Below, one piece after another: positions 24,846 to 38,862 of a stretch of DNA of 64,000 bases. The stretch is from Bugula neritina. Lineage: Eukaryota > Animalia > Bryozoa. The notes beneath the pieces were generated by a model. That model was not told the DNA's origin, did no database searches, and worked only from the letters and a program-made list of their open reading frames with translations. The position numbers and the translations under genes are program-made. Numbering within the stretch: the first letter of the stretch is position 1; each line of letters starts with the position of its first letter. Where the stretch lies: positions 6,706,729 through 6,770,728 of the forward strand of contig OZ037770.1 of the NCBI GenBank assembly GCA_964035545.1, written 5' to 3'.

Positions 24846-27344
24846 TATTGTGAGTTATCCACACTTGCTATTTAGACATAAGAGAAAAGATAATTACTAA
24901 CATGAGTGTTTTAATAGCATTGGTAATATTATGTGAATATTATATGCATTGTCATTAGAGCGAAAGATTGCATTCTATCAACAAAACAGTTAGCTCACTT
25001 ATAAGACGCTATCTGGAAATGCTACGTTAAACCTATTGACTGGTTGACCAATTACTACACATTGCTATAATTAATACAAACTGCCATTATGTTTATATGT
25101 AATATGCTCACAACCGACAGCTACCATATTACTCACAGGTGCAGACAGGGTTTTATTAAACGAAAATCTGAGCTCTTTTGCCTTCTTGAGAAATCACACA
25201 GAAATGTTCTCCAATTTTGTATTCATCTCAATAGCTAAACTGCAATAGTTCTGTTTTTCCTTGTAGTTTGTAATTTCTAGTGTTTTTTTCATGCATTACA
25301 GTATTTAAGTGGTGCGCATTTTAAATAAAGTTAATGGAAGTGTGCTATCAAAAACATCGTATCTTAGTCAAACTATTGGAATATAAAGCAACTTGAATTT
25401 TCGAGTATAAATTGTGCAAGCTAGAATGAGCCTGATCAGCACATCTGAGTTTATCAGAGTCATTGTTTTCACTGATTGTTATGCTTTGCTGTCCAGCAAG
25501 CCTGATATAAGATTTTTACACAAAACCGGTCTGTTAGGTTGTGGATGTCATGCTCACTAACATCTGAGAAGCTGTGGAGATTTGCTTGTTTCTCTTTGCC
25601 AAGAAAATCGTTGGTAGCTCACACCTCCGCACTACTCTCCCAACTCCACTGATTGCAAGATTTGTCGTAGTTTTGTACACTACTGGAGTGGGGTTTTATT
25701 GTACACACGAGTTACTGCTGCATGCTATTCTATGAGCCTTGAGGTTATGAGAAGAATCGAAATAGTTGACGTCTATAAAAGATCTGTATTGAAAGTCTAA
25801 TTAAATACAAATAAAGTCATAAATAATAGCAAATAGAATATGCACATATAGAACAGCTACACAATATTATCCTAGTCTATCTGACAGTTATCCTCTGACT
25901 GAGGCTGGGCGGAGAAAGGCGCTGTTTATATCCAGAAGGTTAATACTGATTGGCCAGTAGAAGGTTCCGGCAGTGTTACCGCAAGAAGTGATGTGGTGCC
26001 TCATGAGACTGCGGCATCGCTGACAGAGTTGTAGTCTCCTTGAACTTTTATGCCTCATAATATAATGTAATGTCACCGCTCTGCTGTAAGGACTTATGTA
26101 GGGGGTACTGGAGGTATACTTCCCATAGCCATTACAATATATCGATAAGTGTGTTGCTGGCACCTCTTCTTACTAAGTAAATTCATCTCACTCACCGCAT
26201 TCCTCAGTTTAGGTATTTGTGTTACAGCAGAGGTGAATGCAGACAGACCTGGTTTTGCAGCAGCTCAAAAAGAAAAACTGAAGCTGTCTCTTCTACACAT
26301 TTCAAAGATGATGATGATATTGTATATCCTGAAACACCCAGTGTAATAAGACCTATCAGACCTGTCTTGCCACCAGGTCCTAGAATAGAAGAGTGTAGAA
26401 CTGTACTGAATCATTGATAATCTTCTCGTTCTGACGAGCAACGTTTGCTGTAAGTATAAGAAAAAGCAGTAATTGACTGTACGTACATAGGCAGTTATTC
26501 GGCTTACTGTGCTTTGATATAACACATGCTTATCAAAACCTTATTAAGCAAACTAATACGTTCTGCTGTTGAAATATCTGCATACAGAAAAGTAATACAG
26601 TTTGGCATCAGTTCAGCTACTCAATAATTTTGGCTGGGTTTTTATTGTAGCCTCAAAAAGACATCCTGAGTATGGATCTCTTATGATTAGAGCTCTAGCA
26701 TCTTTACTCTACAAACATGCCTGTCACCGTAATCTCTACACCATCTTTAAACACGTGGGTTTATGTAAACATATCTCTAATTATCCCTAAAATTTTTGAA
26801 TGTAGTGATCAATTTCTTTGAAGTAGCAGACTATTAGTCTTTGCGATGTCAGTATAAGTGTTTGAATTTATCAGCTTATTGGGACCTCGTCTATTGCCCC
26901 TCATTATATTTATGACTTCCCAAAGACTTAGTCTCCCTGCAATGCTGCAAACATAAGATGGCAAATAACTCTCTTGATTTTGCAGCCCACTTTGATTCCA
27001 ATAGGCATTCTGTTTTGTACCATAATTGATACTTAGTCTTACTGCAGGGCTATATGTTAGATCACCGTAGCAGGCAACTCTCAGGATTTTGATACCCAAC
27101 TTTGATAGAATGGCTCAAATTTAACACTAATACTATTATGCTAATTGAAGAAACAATGGTGACCACAGGAAATACTATGTAAGCTGTTGTATAAATATTA
27201 TGCATACTATAATATAAATCCTGCAACGTTTTGATTTCTTGGAATTTGAAGCATGCTTTGTTAATTAGACAGCAGATGCTGTGCTAAATATTGGGTTTGG
27301 ATGTAAATTATTTGTATTCGCTTGTAACTTTTAAATATTAAATC

Positions 27345-29363
27345 ATGAACATGAATTTAGGTAAGGGAATCATATACTCTATCTTATTGCTAAACCTGCA
27401 GGCATTTTACCAGAAGTTATTAGAATAGGATCTTTTACATTATATAAAATCATAGTAAGATGTTCATTTCATTATTAGTCATTTGTTGTAAAGTATGCTG
27501 AAGGATTAGGTAAGATTGAGCTAGTGTAGCTTCAGCAGAATAGAGTGAGCTCCCGTCTACTGTGTTTTAGCGAGCAAGGCTCAGAACGCCACCCTCAACT
27601 TGCATAAAAACATGACATGTTAGATTTTAACTTCACCTACAGTTTACAAGCTGCTAGAATAAGTGATATAGCGATTACATAGTTAATCATCTTGCTAGAC
27701 AACAAATTTGTATCACTGCTTTCCATTACTTGCATTATGTAATGGATTTTGCATGGAGAATCCATTCTAAAGCAATGGATGTAAGGATGAATTTGTGGTT
27801 GCAGTTTGCATCAACTTATGAATGTGATTTCATTCCATGAAACCACATTGATGGAAATGCAGTGTATGTTAATCCCCTTGCAGTAACATTCATTTTGGCC
27901 GGTGTTACATCTAGAATACAGGCTCTTCCAGTTACTCCCTTACTGCACCTCTACCTCCACTTTACCTCAATAGCCGTAATTAGCATCCCCTTCTGTAAAG
28001 ACTATGTCTCGCATTCTTACAAGATCTGTAGTTTAGAAATTCTGCTAAATGTATTTTCTGCCCATTTGCTTCATTAAGTTACTAATTTAACTTCAATATA
28101 ATTATATTGTAATGTGATGAACTTCAGTTTTTTAACCAGTTTTTTAAAATTGGACTATTCTATTTATCTGTGTTTAATATTCCTATTTTCTAGTTTTATG
28201 TTCCTGTATTTCGTCTCTCCTTATTCTATTCATCTGTATTCTATTTCTCTATATTCTATCTTTCTTGATTCAATTTAGTTATATGTTATATATCTTTGTA
28301 TTCTATTCATTTGTATTATATTTATCTGTGATATATATCGTATCAATCTGTATTTTATCATTATGCATTTCATAATATATTTGTGTTTTGTATCCTCCTC
28401 ACCTTTCTCTGCTCTGTTTTGTTCGGGTGGCTATAATACATTCAGTTCTGTTTTATTATCTCTTTCAGTCTCCCCAATTTAGTATAAACATGTAATTGAT
28501 GTCTGATATATTTTACAGGTGTGAATCTAACATCATTCATCATCCTGCATTATATAGCTTTTATATCAACCAAGCCTTTGGATAAAATACGTGCTTTGGA
28601 GAACCTGAACTCCGGAGTTGTCAGCTTAAAATTAACTCGACTCAATGAAACTGATACAAATGTGAGTAGCTTTTGATCCCGTGCCATTCCATGATTAAAC
28701 TTCCATTACCTTAAGATTGCACAGTACTCTCTCAGCGTGCAATATTGTAATATTGTGCTAGTGTCCAGTATTTCTTTCCATACAGCACTGAACTATTGCA
28801 TGAATTTAAGCTGTTATTACATAAACATATGCACACGCACGCACGCGCACACACATTTTATATATAGTAAATATAGTATATAGTAGCCTATATATACTAT
28901 ATTTCCTATATATAGTACACATACTATATATAGTATATATACTATATTTAGTATATAAACTTTATATACTATATATACTATATTTCCTATATTTACTAAA
29001 TATAGTATATATAGTATGAATAGTATAATGTGTGTGTTTGATTGACTAACTCGCCTCTGACGATGACTGTGTGATATGTGTATAATGTATATACATGTGT
29101 GTATATGTCTGTATATAGTGTTTTGTAGTATATAATGACATAATTTATTTATATTAAAAGGTTGATGGTGAACCTTCTCCCTCAGGAACCAAAGCCACGC
29201 CATTCCCAGGGTTCAAGGTCAGCCCGGTATGTACTTGCTATAGAACATGAGAAAGAATATCTACTTTCTATCAGTTACTCCCAAACATCCTTCATAATTA
29301 GACATGCATGCAGCTATACATGACACTAGTACACTGGTGAAGGGTACATACATTTATATGTTG

Positions 29364-29420
<57 letters not shown>

Positions 29421-32400
29421 CCAATAAATGTCTCTTATAATGTTTGCCTTCAGTTTTCACTTTTTCATTACGACTGAACTAATATGCGATTGATATTTAT
29501 TTATTTTCAGAATTCTGTGTCACCCGAGAGTCAAAATAACAATATTACAGTTCTCTACCAGAATGTACGTTAAACACAATAGTTGCAGTATGCTATCCAT
29601 ATAGTTCAGTTATATTTATTGCACATAATAATCTTTCCAATATCATATATTCCCCAATCTTCTCTTCCACTATGTGTTTCTAATAGAGAATGTATATCAT
29701 TTATTTATTTCTTTCAGTTTTGTGCAAACTTGATTTACAATAGATAGTAGTGAGAATGTTTTATAAGAACTATTTGGTTGTGTTGAACACAATATTGTAA
29801 TCCAGCTCTTTTTAGTGAAATACTTTATTATAAACAATGTGGGAATGAGAGTGTGCGTGTGAGTCGTGTGCAAGCGTGAAAATGAAATTCTGACTCATTC
29901 TATTGAAGTGCTACTGCTACTTAGAGCTGAAACTCGTGTTGTGTTGTGTTTATAGAATAGCAGTGGATTCCCTAAGAGGTATCTGTATACACTCCTAGCC
30001 ATGGGGTTCCTGGTGCTTTTTGTAACTACCACAGCCTGTATATACACCTTCAAACCCAACTACCAAGCCTGCATTCGTAAATGGTAACTACTCACATGTG
30101 TATTACTCTTTCTGAGTAAAGAAATGCCAGCTTTATACTTAACTGAGCTTTAATTTTTTTTCTCATTGCCTGATTTCTTTTACGCTATGAGTTGGGGCTA
30201 GGAATGCAACATGACTCATAACAACTTAATAATTTGTTGAAGCATCTTTCATTTATCAATCCCATTACACTTGCCTGCAATTATTCTAAGCGTAGAATAA
30301 TACTAACATTTAAAGAATCCCCGATACACTTCACTTATCCGGTATTAAAATATTCCTATATATACTAGTTTTTATCTACTTACTGTTTTAAAGTTGTATA
30401 CTCTATTTCTTACCATAACAAGGCAACCTGCCTAAAATGTTTTGCTAAAATGGATACATAGAAAACAGGTGATTGTGTATTTGAGTAAGAATTTTCTCAT
30501 TATACTTTATTACTAGACTAATTTTAAACTTTTGGCAGTTGCAAAACAGCGTCGGAGAAAGACTACAGCGAGTCGTACCACACCCGGGAGCCGTACAGAT
30601 ACGAGTGAGTTTACTTAACTAGTCCAATATTCTGTATGAAACTGCATACGCATGGGTCAGAAACTCTTTACCACAGGCTCTGATTCAGCAGTTGAAGTTA
30701 TCTACTCTTTACATTCCGTTAGCCTACTTATATAACAATGCACCGGTCACAATATGAACTTCATGAAAAAGTGAAGATCTTTCATCATAAAGAGATAAAT
30801 AATGCTTTGTTAATTTCACTTTTGGCACCTTCATGTTGCTAGGTTACAGAATGTACAAAACACTGTGATGCTTATAACGTATCTCATAAGCCAATCATAG
30901 AGCAGGTTTACTCTACAATATTGGAAAATATGCATTCTTCCAGTGCATCTATTTCCTACTGTCTAGTTGGTTCTCAGAAACCATGGTATTATGTTGGTAA
31001 CTCTTGAACAATAGAAGAAACATCTGCCTAAGTAATCTAATAATAAATCTAATTGGATTAACATTATATAAGTGAAATGTTTAAAAAAATACTATAATTG
31101 GAATTAAGCATTGTAATATATGTACAACTACTCTGCTGCATTAGGGTGGTCTAACTGTAGAATGTCAACTGAAATGTGAAATATTTTGTCTGTGTTGTAT
31201 TTGACAGTGAAATTAGCTACAGTTATAAAGGATTTGTGACTGGAGTGCTAACGAAGCCATCAGAAAAGTATGTAAGAACAAAATATGGTAGTCAAACAAT
31301 GATAATAGTTGCTGTGTCAGCAACTGCCACCAGTCAAGACTCTTGTTGCTTTACCACTCTGTTTCATTCGCATAAAGATAATCTGCAGTAGTCATGACTA
31401 GTCTATACGCATTACTCTAATATCTATATTACATTTCCAACAGCTCCCTGTCATATCAATATGGAGTAGTCAGTCAGAAGATAACTCCTGAAATCAAAGA
31501 TGAAATGGAAAAGTAAGAGATATGCCAACTTTGCCAACGTTGAAAGCTGGTTCTTATGCCTGTTCAAAATCCTTTGTGCCAATTCTCTTATAATAATGTT
31601 TAATTAGTTTTAATAAGTTGCTTCTGTTTGTATTGTCATTTTATATATAATTTTATTATATTTGATATAATTTATTATTTTATATTTTAAAAGAAGAAAG
31701 AATCTAGCCATTCTCTCGGGTCAAGGAACCAATTACTGGTAAGAATTATTGACATTTCTTCTAGTTGCAAGTGTTGTGTAGGTTTAGTATTGAATTGGTG
31801 CAGTTTGTGTTGTTAAGTCTTGTTGTGGCATAGTTTCTGTTGTTCCACATTGTGTTGTATTATATTATATTGTATATTATTAATATAATATAGCGTATTG
31901 GTATACTATTAGTATTGTGCTCTGTTATATCTGCTCTAATATAAATACCAATTATTCCTTCAAAAAAATTAAAATGGTTACAATCGCTGCCAGTTGAAGA
32001 CAAGTTCTAAGCAAGCTGCCATAACATTTATTGAAAGCAGCTGGTAGATTGGATAGTTCAGTTATAATCAGCCAATGATATCACAGTATAAATAGAGAGT
32101 ATAACTCAAGACTGACTGTACTGTAGGAGACACCAAGTGAGAAGTCTGCTAATGCAACGTAAGCTAGAGTATAGGTCCTCGCAGTCCGACACCGCTCTCA
32201 GCAAGACCAATGTGCCCCCTCCCATACTCGAGTCCAACACCGATATGGAACTCAGCAAGAACATAGCACCGGGCACTGCCGTCCACTCCTACACTGCCAT
32301 TGACCCTGGCTCATTGCCTGCCTCCACGCCTACTGGACTCAACAAGGGCACAGTGCTAACCCCTGAGCGTAAGAGTCAAACCCCTATGTCCTATACGCCG

Positions 32401-35058
32401 GCTTCTAACTCGCTAGTTTCATATTCACCGGGCACTGTGACTCCTACCAATTTACCAGGTACTGAAACGTCTCACTCATTTAGTAACCATGTTTCTATGA
32501 TAGGACGTTATGTGTGCTGTAAATGTATGAACATACTAGTTCATAATTTCTGTGTAAGTTATATTGCATAGTGTGGAGATAGGTTGTATCACATGCAAGA
32601 GATTTTCTATGCTGTTTTATTAACTTGATCATGATTTGCATATAATAGTATTACACGGTTGTATTTATGTATGTTGCACTGCGTTACACTAACTTTTACT
32701 GCAGTGGTTACTCGATTAGCACATCATAATATAATATAGAATGTGACATGGCAGTACAACAGAGTAATACAACATAGTAATATTAATACTATGATGTATA
32801 TCACCGTCACTTTACTAAATTGTAATAGTGTTTTGTATTACTGTATTGTATTATTGTATTGGGTTACTGCATTGCGTTGTTGTAGTATTGAAGCTGCTAT
32901 TTATTTAGGTTCTCCTATAGTAGCCAGAAGTGACTCTCCAGGTTCACCAGGCAGATCAGAGAACAGACAGAAGGTGAAGAAGAAGTTCCGCCTCAGAGTT
33001 GAAAAATCCAAAGTAAGTGTTAATAACTTCCTCAACATTGTAAATATATAAATACTGCGTATATACAGGTATACAGTGAACTATTACTATATACAGGTAT
33101 AGAGTGAACTATTACTATATACAGGTATACTACATAGGGTCACTGCGCACTATGCATTATCAAATCTATTGAAACATTTAGCTTTGCCTCAATTTTGTAC
33201 ACTATTCAAGTTGCCTAGTTTCAATTTTTTTTAATAGAAACTTGAAGGAGGAGAATTTAAATCAAAGCGGACAGTTGGTTTAAATTTGTTATACCAACTC
33301 TTAACATTTCAAACAATTCACACAAATTAGAGCAACTCTTTATCATAATGATTGTAGTGACAATTATTTTATAAAGTTATTATTCCTATGGTTAGTAACA
33401 AGAAAAATGCCTGCATATGTTCTCTGTAATATACACACAGTATTATTTATAGTTCAGGATACATCATGCCAATAATAATATTATAACTACAGGCCAGTGT
33501 TGAAGTATCTGCAAACATAAAATAGTGCAAAAGGATTTTGCTTAAGATCAGTTCAACATATAGACCAACATTAGTAGTTTACAAGACTAACTGTTACAAC
33601 CTTGGACATAAACTAGCCTAAGCCTGGAAAGGTTGAACTGTATTTTGAGTGGAATTTGTGATAATTTGCTGAATTCATTGTGATGCCCTTTTAAAGTACC
33701 AAACAGCAGTGAGATTTAGAAGTTTCTTGTCTCTTCTGTAGTCAATAGAATTTTTCTCCAAAAAGCATTCGGATGATGCAAAGAAACTAAAAGAAGGTAT
33801 TGCATCATCTCGCTCCCTCCAGGAGACATCACCTCGTCAGAAGATAAAAGTCAAAGTGTGAGTTTATCTGACCGTAATATAATATATTATATGCAGTATA
33901 ATATATATGCAGTGTAATATATACGCAGTGTAATATAAAAGCAGTATAATAATGTGTGTCACAAAACTATTGGTAGCAGTGTGACGAGTGCGAAAAGTCT
34001 GGTAGTCAGAAGTGTCTAGACAAGTAGCATACAGCTTGCTGATTCAGTTTAGAGTAAATAGAGTTGTGAATATAAGTAGAATTTAATTCTCCAGTAAGAT
34101 ATGCATAGATCAACTTTTAAAAAAATGAACTGATTTGTAAACACAACTGCCTCAGTATTTATAGTAAACAGAAAAACTCTAGAACATTCTCAAGCATTCC
34201 AGTATAGAAAATTCTAGTAGAAAACATTCCCTGCATGCCAATACCATTTAGATACAAAATCAAAACAAAACATTAGAATTTCCATGGTTATTTCTTGGTT
34301 TACATTTCCATGGTTATTTCCTTGTTTACATTGCTGGGCAGTAGTTAACATTACTAATGAAAACAATAACAATGAACAATGACCCATCTCTTAGATCAGT
34401 CTAGAATATTTATGAACATTCTTGTATAATCATTAGGAAACCCCCCCCCCCCCCCCCCTAAGTAGTCTATAGGTATGCGTACACTCAGAATTTGTGGCGA
34501 TGTGGTTGGTGCAAGGTATGAACAAGGTATGAAGGTACAAGTTTACAGCTACTCTTGTGCATATATTATATGCATGTAAACACTGCTTATAAATGGCTAG
34601 ATAAATATAAACCACACTTTTCACTCCCTCTATACAAAACTCTTGTCAATCTAAAGTCTCCATTCCACTCTACTGAACATATTGACTCAAGTAAGCTCAG
34701 AAATTCAGCCTGGTTGGATTCTTACAAAGTAACTCAATATCCACATTTGTTTCTATAATATTTCATATCCAATAAGTTAAAATGTTGAAAATGTTCTTAA
34801 AACAGTTATTAAATTTTCATCCTTTGTTATGAATTCACAAAATAAAGATTAGAAGTTCAGCATGTTATACAAGCACAATGGTCGTTCTACCAGTGTAAGA
34901 ATAAGAAGTGTATTGCTGGGCTTTAGTATATCCACTAATCTTTACTCTACATGACTGCAAACCTTAGGTATAATCCTTTCAGGCTTTGTATATATAATTC
35001 ATCATTAAATGATCCCTTTTATTTCAGGCGATCAAGACAGCCACATCGAGCTGTGTGA
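27345..35058 (+). CDS. Uncharacterised type I single-pass membrane protein, 14 coding exons, ~421 aa
   Basis: Phase-consistent GT-AG exons: 27345-27360, 28519-28661, 29161-29226, 29511-29564, 29956-30083, 30539-30604, 31208-31267, 31444-31512, 31694-31738, 32127-32458, 32909-33012, 33238-33273, 33742-33857, 35028-35058 (1266 nt, stop-free). Signal-like N-terminus, S/T/P ectodomain with N-glycosylation sequons, TM 'YLYTLLAMGFLVLFVTTTACIYTF', Tyr-rich tail. AATAAA near 35269. Confidence 0.75.
29367..29416. repeat. (TA)n microsatellite
   Basis: About 25 TA units in an intron. Confidence 0.95.
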
Positions 35059-35448
35059 GGTGTTGGGATGCTGCATGTTGCTGTACCACCAGGGACAGGT
35101 CACCTGCAACTTCTAGAGTCTGCCTCACTGAAACTCTATAAATAGCTAATGCTTGTATGCTCAGGACTGACTAAGTTGATTTTATTTGTATGAATATTGT
35201 TACAGTTTGAAAAGTATTATTCTACACTTTCCATGTTGTTGATGAGAGTAATATATATTTTCATTTAAAATAAACTATTTCACACTACCATAGTATCATA
35301 TTGTGTAACTTAATTTTATCTGTTAAATATGTTAAGTGCTATTGTAATGTTACTAATCAACTGACTCCATTTTAGTGCATTCTGCAAAAAATGAAGAATA
35401 TTACAATTAACTCCTTTTTAACTTAAAGCTAACATACGTATATACGTA

Positions 35449-35543
35449 TATAACCCATGCTGTATATAACCCATGCTGTATATAACCCATGCTGTTTATA
35501 ACCCATGCTGTATATAACCCATGCTGTATATAACCCATGCTGT
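35449..35543. repeat. 16-bp minisatellite (TATAACCCATGCTGTA) x~6
   Basis: Direct tandem copies. Confidence 0.9.
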
Positions 35544-36898
35544 TAATAACTAACAATTGAGTTGAGTTAGTTGGAGCAGTTAGTCTAGAAGCTATTATAA
35601 GCAAAACACTAGAAAACTGTTGTCTTACAGCACTAGTTTGTTATAGGTTAGTTCACTATAATATAATGATCAAGGACAGCAAAACAATAGAGTGTAATGT
35701 TTATATTCTATACTGCAGAATGTAGACTATGGAATCTGTATATTAACACGAAAAGGACACAGCATTTGATGTATCCTTCAAAATCACGTAGTCTTTTGTT
35801 ACAGAGTTAATGAATTCAAGCTTATAAGTTCAGACATGGTCCTTTAGATGATATGATTTATTAATATTTAATATATTCATTATTTTTAAAAAATATATGC
35901 AATTCCATACTTTATCAGTTTTGCATCAGTTTTATGTTTTTATAAAAATTATTAAACGCTTTTAAATTTATAAGACGCCCTGAATAAAAATCAAGCTCAC
36001 AAATTACATGTCAAGTCACAATATGATGCGCAGAATTAGAGCACATGTAATTGAATCCTGTTTCTGCTAATAACTGTATAACATTTGTTTAAGCAAGGAA
36101 TATATTTATAGTTCTTATAGTGTTTTTTGTTTAGACATGTAACCAAAGTGCAAAAATTGGTATAACTGGATGAATTTCTCACGTAACTATTCACTGTAAA
36201 CATATAGCACTTGAATTCACCTCCCTTTGATAAGTCTCATTGATGCCACTCTGATACATATATCACTCTGGTATATGGTAGTAAAGTCTTATCGTTCTTA
36301 GATCTGGAAGGGTGAAATCTCAATTGATCCTAACTTTAGTGCAAAGACGTTTCCTTTTATTTTTATGGTTTTGTTGTTGATTGTAAGTTGTATGACCAAT
36401 ATTGATTTGATAAAAAATCTGTCATTACATTTTTGTTGAGATTCTTATTGCTTAGAACTGCTAGAAAAACAAATTTTTCTGTTGATCAAAGTGAATTTTA
36501 GAAAAGGTGCTATGGCCATGCTGCGTGCAATTTAAATCATTCTATAAACATCTCACTGGGATAAATTGCTTTTTCCTGATTTGCTTAAGCTGAAAAATCA
36601 TCAACATTAAGTACACTTACATACGTAGTCTAATTATTCATACTTATTAATCCGTAATTCTCGGGAGTTTTGCAATGAAACCTCAATTTACATTACTGAG
36701 TAAATGATGGGATTATTTAAGCCAGTTTTGACGTATAAATACTTTGGTCATAAGAACTGGTTTATCAATCATAATCCCTATTTCCACTCTACCAACTGAC
36801 ATCATCGCTCTTCTTGCTTTCCATTCATAGCCAGAGTTTCTTATTGGCAAGGAGTGACATAATTCTGACCGACTATATAACTGCTTCTTGTAACAAAC

Positions 36899-38309
36899 AT
36901 GAAACTAACAGTTGTGCTGCTTTTCTTTTTCTTTCTACAATTCACCAAAGCAATGAATCGACGTGTTCCGGAGGTCTGCACTCAGCCATTAGTTACTGGC
37001 AGATGCAGAGCCCGGTTTATGCGATGGGGTTATAAAGACGGCAAGTGCGTGGAATTTGTCTATGGAGGATGTGGTGCAAACGGCAACAATTTTACGTGAG
37101 TTATGCTCTGTTAGTCTATCCTTGGCCATGAGTATGCGGACCGGCTGTGTGGTTCTGTTGTGTGGTTAGGTTTTGTGAGTTGGTTGTGCAATTCTGTTGG
37201 TCAGAAGTATATCTGTAGTCAAACTGTATTGTAGTTGTACAACGTAGAGGTAGGTGCAGAGTTGCAGTTATATTATGTAGCAAATGCCAAATAGCACTGC
37301 TCTTTGTTAATTTTACAGGAGATGTTATTTGTGGTATGACAAGTAAATAAAGCAATCTCTCTCCATGCCCAAACAAACCTATAGTGTTTTAAAATAAATT
37401 TAAACAACAAACTATTTTTCTGCATCGATCTAATTTATAAAGTAGACAAAGCTTAAATAAACACCACTTGGCTGAAGTATTAAAAGACTATTTGTACTCA
37501 ACAAGTTTATAGTTGGTATGCCGTTAGAACCCCCTGATGAGAAGGTTTTTACGCTGGCCAAAGACTTATTCATCCATATGGCACAGCTGGAGCAATTATG
37601 ACTGGATGCTTTCCCTAACATCACTAATGGTTTTTACTGGGGTTCATGACTTTGAGCTTGCTAAGCCAAACACTCTATAAACCCCTAGACCACGGCTGAT
37701 CTCTTATAAGACTATTTCTACTATTACTATTACTTTTTGTACTGCGAATCTTTTTGTAACTTGAGTAATTTTTTTATTAGATATGTATTTGTTCTTAGAA
37801 CTAAAAGGAAGTGTAAAAGAGCTTGCAGATCTAAAAGACCAGTACGAGAAAAATGTGGCCCTCTAGCATTGGCCGGACCTCTACCAGGTGGCTGCACTGG
37901 AACTGGGGCCAGAAGAGTCTATGCTTACGACCCAAGCTCTGGGCAATGCCGACAGTTTCTCCAGTGTGAAGTCGGCTCTCGTGTGTTCAGGTAGTACTTT
38001 TTGTCACCATATTTCACACTACTGGTCCATTCTTCTTGATTTAGAGCAGCATTGCCTTGTTTTTGAGAATGATGATCAATCATTTAACAATTGGAAGTAT
38101 TCAAAAATAGAAGCTGTTGTGCTTTATTAATTTTTAGCAGATTCGCTCCGTTTTTGAACATAACATGATGCTAGTTGAATATATCTTATATTACCTAATA
38201 GATGAAGCTATGAAACATATTACTATGCCATATTTGTGTGAAAACCTGCTTTATTGGTTTTGTTGGTAGGTCTCAAAGACAATGTCGCAGAACTTGTGAC
38301 AGGAAATGA
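36899..38309 (+). CDS. Secreted two-domain Kunitz/BPTI-type protein, ~142 aa
   Basis: Exons 36899-37095, 37799-37990, 38270-38309 (429 nt). Signal peptide MKLTVVLLFFFFLQFTKA. Domain 1 is CTQPLVTGRCRARFMRWGYKDGKCVEFVYGGCGANGNNFTTKRKCKRAC; domain 2 has six Cys with altered spacing. AATAAA near 38492. Confidence 0.9.
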
Positions 38310-38612
38310 TGCGTCCTTCCTGCTTTCAATATTGACCACTCAATATGATTTGCCTTCACAGCCCGATTCTGAAACCTCTACTTTTCTAGTATATAACTTT
38401 TTTTATAAAAAAATGTAATACATTTTAATAGTTTTCAACAAAGTGGTTTTATATCATTTAAAACATTTTGTCTTATGTTAACTATAGGTTCAATAAATGT
38501 GCTGCACAATTTATTAAACGTAAAATATTAATAGTTGTCATTGGTGAAATAAAGTATATTTATATATAAAGAGAAGTTCTCAACATAACTGACACAGCTA
38601 CCTATATTACAT

Positions 38613-38862
38613 GGTGTCTGGCAAAAATGGCACCGGTAAAAATTACACAGGTAATAATGGCACAAATGGCAAAGTATGTAAAAATGGCACGTTTTTAATA
38701 TTAAGGTTTGGGGTAGAATTGGGAGTTTAAGATGGCTCAGGGGTTCAGAGTTTTGGTAGGGTTTTTCAGAAAATATTTAACGTGGGTATGTCATTTTACC
38801 TACTTTTCTATTTGCGTCAGTATTACCTGTGCCGTGTTTACCGTGACATTTTTACCTGTGCC
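38613..38862. mobile_element. MITE-like element with ~70-bp imperfect TIRs
   Basis: Left arm ggcaaaaatggcaccggtaaaaattacacaggtaata... is mirrored by ...tattacctgtgccgtgtttaccgtgacatttttacctgtgcc. Confidence 0.7.

Noticed and set aside
35028-35058. C-terminal PDZ-binding motif on the membrane protein (…HRAV)
   Set aside because: The -2 residue is Arg, which does not fit class I, II or III consensus.
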